Positions 55,420-64,000 of a DNA stretch of 64,000 bases are shown piece by piece. Under the pieces are notes generated by a model. The model saw only the letters and a program-made list of their open reading frames with translations. It searched no databases and was not told where the DNA came from. Both the position numbers and the translations under genes were made by a program. This DNA is from Piedraia hortae CBS 480.64 (taxonomy: Eukaryota). The stretch covers positions 68,138-132,137 of the forward strand of contig MU005970.1 of NCBI GenBank assembly GCA_010093745.1, read 5' to 3'. Position 1 is the first letter of the stretch. Each line of letters opens with the position of its first letter.

Positions 55420-56364
55420 CTGCGAACGTGAAAATGCCCATTTTTGATGATGTGGAACTTACCTTGCGTTATGCGAATGCTTTTATGCCGATGTTTGATG
55501 CTGAGTTGATTTTGTATGGAAGGAAAGGGCTGGGAGGAGGGCGGTTATATATCGAAATTGTGGCTCAACAATGGACAATTAATAATGGCAAGGTTTCGTC
55601 TGCAATCACTTGTTCGTATCTGGTCTTTATGGTTATGGGACTGTCATTGTGCTTGGACAAACAGCTGGTTTCGCTTTCAATAGTCTTTGTTCTGCCCCAA
55701 CAAAGCACCATGAACACGTGACTTTTTTGTTCGCTCAAATCAAGCGTCTGCTATCGAGCTCGACGAGGAGCTCGAGGGATGAAGTGGCAGTGAGAAGATG
55801 GTGAGATGAACAAGTCTCTACCGATGTCCTCTCGAGTGGGAGGAGTTCATCTATATCTCAGCGGTAACACTGATACCAGGATGTCAGGAAGATGCAGGTC
55901 AGCTGGACGATGATTGGAGATGTCGTCAGGATTGTATACGGAAATGAGCACTTGGTCAAGCATGAGTGGAAAAGGGAGAGAAACGATGAGATCCGTTGGT
56001 AAAGCCCGAGTCTTACTGCATGTCCGGAAGGATTTGTATCGTTATTAGCTTATAGGGACATCTTGATTGTCAAGTCCTGCTGCTGGAATGAAGAACCAAT
56101 CAGCCAATGTTAGTAAGCCCGGCCAACGATAGTCCAAATTAGAATAGTCACTGCGATGAGTTCATTGACCATCAATGCAAGTTCTATTAATGGTCGATGT
56201 CGATCAATGATTTGTATCAAAGATTGTCTATGAAGGGGGCAATTTATGGCAGGTATTGATGCGAGTTGGCTGTTATGGTAGAATACCCACCAAGTCCGGT
56301 CTGCCATTAACTACAATTAAACTGACCATGATATAGACTAATTACTTCAAATCCTGAAAAATCT

Positions 56365-56877
56365 TCAACCAGTTTCCACTGAGTTAGCCAGCGACTTCTG
56401 CAACATACCCACCTGTTTATTCAGGTCTTTTATGCATGCTGCCATCTCTTGAATTTCGCTCTCCAGCTGCCTCTTATGCATCGGATCTCCATCTTTCGCC
56501 ATCAAATTAGCATTCTTTTCCTTTGTTTTCCTCAGTTCTTCCTTTACAGGTTCAAGTTGCTCCGACTTAAATTGCAAGGCCATGTCTGGGAGTTTTTGGT
56601 TGGCCTGAGCCTGCGTTTCCATTCGCCGGATTTTTTCCTGATGTCGATCCTCGCTTCGCTGGGCATTCTCCCGGTAGTAACGAACATCTTCCTGGTGTCG
56701 AGCCTCACGCTGTTGAATGTCTTCCTGATGTAGGGCCTCACGCTGCTGGGCCTCTTCCCGGCCGCGCTGAATCTCTGCCTTATTGCGTTCGTCGCTCTCC
56801 TTGAGACGTTCTTCAGTCACATGAGCCTTGTCTTCGTAAACAACTATCATTCTCTCATTCATTTTGCTCGAATTCAT
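56365..56877 (-). CDS. Hypothetical coiled-coil protein with internal repeats
   Basis: E/Q/R/K-rich 170-aa ORF with the repeats QREALHQED / QREARHQED / RSEDRHQE. Confidence 0.5.
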   Translation of the reverse strand: MNSSKMNERMIVVYEDKAHVTEERLKESDERNKAEIQRGREEAQQREALHQEDIQQREARHQEDVRYYRENAQRSEDRHQEKIRRMETQAQANQKLPDMALQFKSEQLEPVKEELRKTKEKNANLMAKDGDPMHKRQLESEIQEMAACIKDLNKQVGMLQKSLANSVETG

Positions 56878-56999
56878 TGCTCCAGTTGCTGGCTTCTTGC
56901 GTGACGTTGATTCAAGCTATTTTTGGGAAACGTACAGTTGGAGTCCGGTACGTGTGGCAACGCAGCCAAATATCCCTTGAGGCATTAAATGTGGGTGAT

Positions 57000-57941
57000 G
57001 GAGTGCTCTCTCTGTAGATCATTTGGACACAGGCATGAACCCTACTCTTCAAATGATGAGCGTCTTCTGGAGCAATGGTCTAGTCCTGACTCAAGGACTC
57101 TGAGTAAATCGGGTGAAAATAGTAACCTTGGTTGAATCCTGTTTGTCCTTGATGAAGAAATGGCCATAGACGTTGAATTTTTGGGCATTGTGTGTCATGC
57201 TGAACCTAGAATTTGACCTTCCAAACTGTCGACCTCATCAGGTTTAGTAACTTGGCACAATTGTCTAACGGCATCGACCATAGTAGCTGCAGCCGAGCAT
57301 GCTTGCACATGAGCGTGATCCAAACTGACGTCCTTGGCCTTCAACTCGCACACAAAGAAAGGGAAATACAGTCCGCCCCTTGTGAAACGGGTAGGTCTAT
57401 ATTTTTCGTACCAATCAAGTTGATTCCACACATTCTTGTCGAAAGCCGTCTTCTGCAACCCATAGGCAAAGTCCGGCTTCGGGATTTTACCACCGATTCT
57501 TCGCTCCCATTGTACAACTGACTCTAGCATTAAGTGGGCATACCTTGACCCATAGGCGATGAAGAAGAACACAGACTCTGGTATGAGCCATGCGGTAAGT
57601 GCCCGCCGCAAATATTATTCATTCGCCGTGTCAAAGCGTTGAATTTGCTGTTCCCACTCCACCATGGACCTCACGACTTCGATTTGCATTTCTACCACTG
57701 CCCACGACTCGAGCTTTTGTAGTTCAGCCGGATTGATCAAGCTCTTGGTGTCCGAGGGAAGCATCTCGATGGCCCTTTTACACTCATCGGGGCCAACAGT
57801 GGTTATAGGGTCTACTGGTCGTTTCCGGGGGTTGGAAGGTTCGCTCATGCTGGATGGCCAATTGGACGCTAAAACCCAATGAGCAACTGGGTCGTCCGGA
57901 CCGCTAATATCAAAAAGATTGGATTGAAAGTCTTGTGGCAA
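57000..57941 (-). pseudogene. Fungal PD-(D/E)xK-like nuclease-fold protein, disrupted
   Basis: PKPDFAYGL...LYFPFFVCELKA...AHVQACSAAATMV and, after a frameshift at ~57210, FSMTHNAQKFNVYGHF. An in-frame TAA at 57617-57615 splits the ORF. Confidence 0.7.
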
Positions 57942-58029
57942 AGCATTTCGGGGGTCAACAGTTGTGCATGAGAAATGGGCGGGAACGGATATCCACTTTT
58001 TGACTTCTCAATGTCTCGGATTATCCGAC

Positions 58030-58140
58030 TGTCTCAGCCTTGTCAGGTCTTTGGTAGAAGCGCATTCACCGTGTGGCAGCTCCGACAGCACCCACCGCAG
58101 GGGAAACCCCTCGCTGAGGGAAAACCTGGGGAACTCACCC
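58030..58140 (+). repeat. Degenerate partial copy of the family H body
   Basis: CAGGTCT...GCGCATTCACCG...CGCAGGGGAAACCCCTCGCTGAGGGAAAACCTGGGGAA, the same motif order as 31475-31575 and 24756-24825. Confidence 0.55.
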
Positions 58141-61100
58141 TTCCTCTGTTTAAATCGAGTAGGGCGGCATGGGGCTTGATCCACAGGCTCAGTGACAGTG
58201 TTGCGTTGGGTATACTCCATAAATAATATATCTCCGTACAGCCGGCCTCAATCCTCTTCATCCTCTGAAACGACGACCCAACCCTCAGAAAGTAAAACAT
58301 TTACTGTCAGGTATGCCACCATTATCGTACAGCTCCCTCCGCATATTGCTCAGAGCTGCCCATCATGTCTTTCACCCAATGTTCGAGGCTATTTGTCCTT
58401 CTCACGAAACACCTCTCAGGGTTCGCAGTCAGGGGCTATGATGGCTCAGGCCGCCTCTTCTGTTATGAAAAGGGGGTGCTTTTCTGCGCTGGCCATTATA
58501 TTCTTCAATGGGCCAGAATACTTTTGTAACCGTCCTGATGGGGTATGTCTTTCCGGGTCATATCGACGTGGTTCTGAAGTCGATTTTCCGGGGGTGGTAA
58601 AAGTGTCGTCGGTGAATTTGACCACCACTGTCTCTTGCTGGGGTCTTGCGCAGAGGGAGGTGTAAGATCGTTCGAAGGGGTGGACAATGTTCTTTCGCTC
58701 CCAGCCCAGCCGTTGGATCGCATGCCTCCTCGGCGTTATGCAGTTGATTCTGGACGTGGCCGGGAATCAATATTGTGACACGGGCTGGGTGTTCAGAAGC
58801 AAAGATGCATTACGATGGCTTTGGTTGTGTCAGAAGTCTGCCGCTTGCAGAAGGGTTGTTGAGACCGGATCCGACTCCGAATAAAGGAGATGAAGATGTG
58901 AAAGGAGTTGGGGGCAAAGGCCTCTCATGTATTTAGTCAGAAGGGTTTCCACCCAGAACATTAACGAATATCAATTTAGAGATATTAACTATGCTCTCTA
59001 CTGAGGTATGAGTTCTTTTACCCCCCTCTTCCTCCCCCTCCAACTGACAGATCGTGTGCTGTTGTTTGGCCTTGCCTTAGACTAAGGCCGGCCTCGATAT
59101 CGATAGGGACACCTGGCGAAATCTTGTCATCTTCTCATCTGTCTCATCGCCACACCTTCCATTTTCATCCTTCGAGCTCCCTATGTAGCTCGATGAATAT
59201 ATCGGGTTCATGTTCAAAGCGGACTGTTTGCGCCCCCAATTTGGTCGCCACGTAAGCCGAAGCCCGGGTACATTGAACACACCCCGAAGTTGAAACACTC
59301 GTAGTACTTTTTAGTAACTTTCAGCTTCGCAGTTGAATAACATCGCAACCATACATTCGAATTCCAATATAAACATGCGCGATTGATCACTGAGCTCCTG
59401 GCTATCGTTTGGTCTAATTTTTTGAAATTTTTTGAGCCCGTTGAAGGTGCAGTGATCAACTTCGGGGTGTGGTCAACTTCCCCGTGCTCCGACTTACGGT
59501 AGACACTTGATATAGCGGGCCTAGTATACTGGAAAGGGTGAGAGTGCCAGATCATTGCGCTATCGAGGTCTCCCTATATCACAAACGTGTCTGCAAGACC
59601 TCCATGTATAAAGTTGCTTGCTTAAATATTTGACAGAAAGTCATTGTGCGGGGCTGACAGGACATGACAGTGGGGGTGGGTCTGTCGTGTGCGATGAGAT
59701 CTCGTGTCGATCTGGGAACCAATATAGCAAGCTTTGTTTGAGTCGGCCAAGATGATGCAGGCTCGTGATCTAATTCCTTGTTATACTAGAGGTGTTTCGG
59801 AATGACCAAGGGTTCTTGATGGAGACCAGCCTGCTGCCATTCCCACCATCGTCTAGCAGGCCCCTCGCCTGGCGAGTAATTGAAATACGTATTCAATGCT
59901 TGCTAGGTGTTGGCGCTTCCCAACCTGCGTCGGCCCGATCCACTTGGAAGCTCCCTTGAGTAGATCCACGTCACCTGCAGTAGCAGAATTAGGACAAGAG
60001 TCGCGATTCCTAGTCCCGTTGGACAGACCAAAGCAATGGTGGAAAGAACGTAAGTGAAAAAAATCCCAACTCCACATGATCTTTAAACTAAACCACTTGA
60101 ATCAGAACGAACGGGATGCAAACAACGAGACGACAAAGACTATCACCCGATGAGGCGGCGTGCTTGACATGAAGGAAAGCCAATCTCATGAGGGAACAGG
60201 CCTCAGCAAAGATGTGAAGGTATAGGCAGCATACCCCCTATCAACACTCATCACAAACGCAAAGTCAGCCAAGCAAAGATCGAGGCAGCATGCGTCTTAT
60301 TAGGAAAACAGGGGTTTCTTCCCATGCTGCCATACGACAAATCACAGCGAAGATGAAGAAAACGTAAGTGGAGAATTACTCCAACCTCCACCCCCTAACC
60401 TAATAAACGGCAGATCCACTGGTCCCAAAACGACGAAGCCACGAAAGCCTACGATAGAAAAATGAGATGGCACGCCCTCCTATCTGCACGCCACGAAGCC
60501 AAGGATTCGGTGATAACCGCGTTCTTCCCAGATACCAACCGTGATGGCAAGGTATGAGCGGTGTACCGAGATGATGCATAATCGTCGTCAAAATGCGGCG
60601 ACACAGGTAGGCCTCTCCCGTGCACACGAATATGATATTAACGGCTCGTAGAAGCTTGTCCAAGAAATACTGCAAGACCATACTGTTCGTCGTCTTCAGG
60701 ACACAGCCCTCGTCGAGCATTTTGCTGAGGAGATGTCCTCCTGTCCTGCTTTTGCTTCATGCAAAAGTACATGCACCCCGCACGGAGCGACTCCTTGGGG
60801 AAGTGGTCTCAGAAGAGTAAGATATGCTCAAAGATCGAGTGTCGGGCAGTGCTGACCTTCGAAAGTGATTTTTAGCAACTCGTGCGCTGAGGTTTGAGTG
60901 TTCGTGAGAACGTTCGAGCAAACTGGAGGGACGAATTAACGCCTGCTGGACGCATACGGCGCAATGTTCACAAGTCTCTCCTTCCATGAAGTGTTTTTGA
61001 GAACAAGCAATGAAAAAAAGACCCAAAGTCGTGGCAGACACCAGCATACACGATAGGATGGTGTATCCTCCACTATTGATGGAGGGTACAGACCATCCAG

Positions 61101-61979
61101 ATCTTCATTGGAGGGTATATCAGCGCTGTTTACAGCCTCTCTTGGTTGGTAAGATGTCTGTTCCGATCACATGACGGTCCACGGTGCGTCTATCTCGGGT
61201 ATAGAGCAGTTTCCCTATCCACTTGCGAAGCCGAGTACGGGGACACGCTCAGGCGATGGAGGGGTTGGTTTGGGTGAGGAGACTCCTGGCAGAGCTTTCT
61301 GACGCTGATTCACTTGTGGAGCTGAGTACTGGGGCAAACAAGGCTGCTTGGCTGGGAAGAATTCTGGCCGAGATTGATAACACTGGGGACGTTTGTGTTC
61401 GTACCTTCGGATCCATCTTGGGCGTCATGCATGGAGATTCGTTGGGAAAGTAGATCGGGGGAAACGTATGCATACTGGTATACACGGTTGTTTTCGCGAG
61501 TATCTTCACAAACTGATTCATCTAGTGCGACAAAAGAAGTACTGCACTTGCTAAGGATTTGTTATATCCCAGGCTGGTTCTGGGATCTCGGTTGTTTTTC
61601 TTGTTCCAATCCCATTGATTAGCTAGACTGCTTACCTACCAATTATCTCCCGCCAAGGCTAGACAAGTATCGCGCGGTTGAGATGAAAGAATACATATAG
61701 CGCTTTACATCGTTCAATACTTGGGAATGTAAACCCAGCAATCAACATCAAACATATATGATAGCCTCTCATCACTGCCCACTGCTGATTAAAAACACAA
61801 CCACAATTCCAATTAGCTCGGTCTGCTCAAATCCAGTACGTAAATCACATTCCACCCTCCTTGTGCCACCTACCCCGCAGCTATAAACCCCGCCAGCCAC
61901 CCTCGGCCCAACCAACGCCTCCCTTCATAACACCTTCAATAATCCACACCCCAATCCAACAATCCAACAAGCAACAACA

Positions 61980-62447
61980 ATGTCCGAAATCTCCTTTCCT
62001 ATAATCTCCATCCCGGTGTACTATGTCCTATCCATCGTCCCGCACGCGGTAGCATTAAACCTCTCCGCCAAGGGCAATCCAAAAGGGCGACATGATAACC
62101 GCAATCCCAAGTCGACGACGATGCAGGAAACGTTGCGACAGAGGCTTTCAGCTCGCGATTTTGCGGCTTTTGAACGTGCGGAATCTTGTCATCGGAACTC
62201 GTTGGAAAATATGCCGCTTTACGTTGCTGCCGTGTTGGCCGGTGTGTTGGCAGAGAAGAAGGCTGGGGCGGGGAGTGTTGGGCTGTCGAATTTCTGTGTC
62301 ATGTGGCATTTGATCAGGTTGCTGTATACGGCTAATTACATCATGACCGAGACGATTCGGTGGAGTTATCTGAGGAGCTTGTTGTACTTTGCGGGAACGG
62401 GGTACGCGTTTGCTACGCTTTACAAGTCTGCGCGTGTTTTGGCCTAG
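61980..62447 (+). CDS. MAPEG family membrane protein
   Basis: SIPVYYVLSIVPH, DNRNP, ERAESCHRNSLENMPLYVAAVLAG, RLLYTANYI and SYLRSLLY. TATAAA at 61883. Confidence 0.88.
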   Translation: MSEISFPIISIPVYYVLSIVPHAVALNLSAKGNPKGRHDNRNPKSTTMQETLRQRLSARDFAAFERAESCHRNSLENMPLYVAAVLAGVLAEKKAGAGSVGLSNFCVMWHLIRLLYTANYIMTETIRWSYLRSLLYFAGTGYAFATLYKSARVLA

Positions 62448-64000
62448 GTTTGTAGTTAGCTGGATTCTTAATGTTAAGATGGGAGACTTATAATAAAAAA
62501 AGGTCTGATCATTCAGTGGAGATCAGAGACGCAGTAGCGATTGACCCCTTCTACAGCCTCGCTCAAGATCTGTCTGCTCAATGCAAAAGTCCAGAGCGAG
62601 AGCAACATGCTAAGTTTGTAGGAGTTACCAAGACACAGACAAGCCGAAGCTTTGAGCCCCACAAGGGTGAGGTCCTGTGTTCCTGTCCAGAGCTGCCTTC
62701 TCGCCTAAGCACATCACTTCACAGAGGGGCATCAAGCAAGAGACAGTGAAGGTCGGCTTTCGAAAGAATCGATTGGGAACATTCCATCTCAACAGTAGTA
62801 CAGCAGTTCTCCATTCAGGAACCAAACAAGACATCGACTTTGTTTCACCAGACTATCAGGTTCCACCTCGGCATCGTCTTTCAGTATGGAAAGGGCACTC
62901 CTCCTGGTTCCAGACTTTGATGTTCCTCAAAAGAGGGTTGTTGCAGGCGCACAATGACGGAAAAAACACCTCCTGCGAGTCCGCTACCGACTGAAGAAGT
63001 AGGCGCGGGCTTTCGGGTTCGACGCTCATCAGATGATGATTAACGCGGCTGATCAGACAAACGCTTCAAAGGCGTAACACATCGTTGGCTGGTGCCGTGA
63101 CGTGTGCATGGCGTGTGCTTTGGTGGTGAGGGTTGGAGAACGATTTTCTTGTAGGATGGAACCCAGCGATCGTCAATAACTTGCCGGAACCCGATCGACG
63201 GCCGAGGATCAGATCCAAGGGCATGAGTTTGTGCAAAGCGGAACCAGCGTTTCCGCAGTCGCAAGGTTTAACACACGACTAGCCTAGCGAGACAGCTGGA
63301 GAAACCCCCTACCGGAACGCCTAGCCCATCGCTGCACCACCTAGCGACCGCAGTTGGCCAGTTCCGAGGCTCTGCACAATGCATCTCGGAATCAAGCGTG
63401 GCAGCCACCGATGGATCCAGCAGATATCAGGACTGTGATCCTCGTTTTCTCCCATCAGTTCACTTCAGCTCCATCACTCCATGCTGTCCATTGGTGATCA
63501 GAGCATGGGCCAGTCGTCAAGCTTCAGTGCGCGCCCCCCACGGGAGTCTTACCGAAACGACGCAGGAAGACCATAACGGCCGGCACTACCAGTTTCCTTC
63601 TGCAATTCCCTCCGGGCAAGCCGTATGAGTTAAGCTAGTCGGAGAGACTGACTGCTTCCAGAAGACGCGCGAGACGATCAAAGAAAACGTTTAGGGTTAG
63701 ATCTCGTCTATCCGCCCGCCCAAGCAAGGCCACCGCGTATGAGCGTGGTAATGAGACACGGCATCAATGACCGCTCATACGGGCAGCGCGAACAAGGGCA
63801 TAGCAGGCTTTGTGGAGAGACGATGATTGGGGGAGAGTATGTGCCCCGAGGTTGGAAAGACGACGCCGTGGTTAGCCTTGATGATAGCACGGATACGCAA
63901 AGCTTGAGCGATGAATTGTCCGGCTGAGCTCTGGATCTTGAACCACTGTACTTGTGAGGTTATGGGCAGCTTTGCTACCCAGGAATGGTGAAGAGGAAAA

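Noticed and set aside
59214..59640. Possible further kinase relics (LYME...GDLDSAMIWH here; YLAVKK near 3800 on the minus strand)
   Set aside because: Only isolated short motifs in inconsistent frames; cannot be supported without a profile search.
60757..61047. C2H2-like motif CAVC...RPSSL...H
   Set aside because: Spacing and His ligands do not fit, and there is no coherent gene model.

Overview
Eukaryotic DNA from a filamentous ascomycete (short GT-AG introns with CTRAC branch points and fungal housekeeping genes; probably a Dothideomycete-like fungus with a compact genome, by inference). Two dense core blocks are present: 10.6-20.3 kb (RPS22, MLH1, GT2-like, POL32/Cdc27, TBCD) and 38.4-54.7 kb (TAO3/Mor2, PAM18, MFS sugar transporter, DDHD phospholipase, VPS11, SmF). 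They alternate with decayed accessory blocks at 0-10 kb, 20.4-38.3 kb and 54.7-64 kb, which hold pseudogenes, MITEs and transposon relics. The most unusual signal is in the 18-kb island between TBCD and TAO3. It contains four clear copies, plus one degenerate copy, of a 29-bp palindrome (GTGAGGTGAAGT-TCCGC-ACTTCACCTCAC). The asymmetric core always points the same way, although the attached ~200-bp repeat lies in both orientations, which resembles a recombination-site array. The same island carries a CACTA/CMC-type transposase running into a gag-like ORF, three paralogous 4-exon small secreted protein genes, a kinase fragment and a Copia relic. All family assignments come from motif recognition by eye; no database searches were run.
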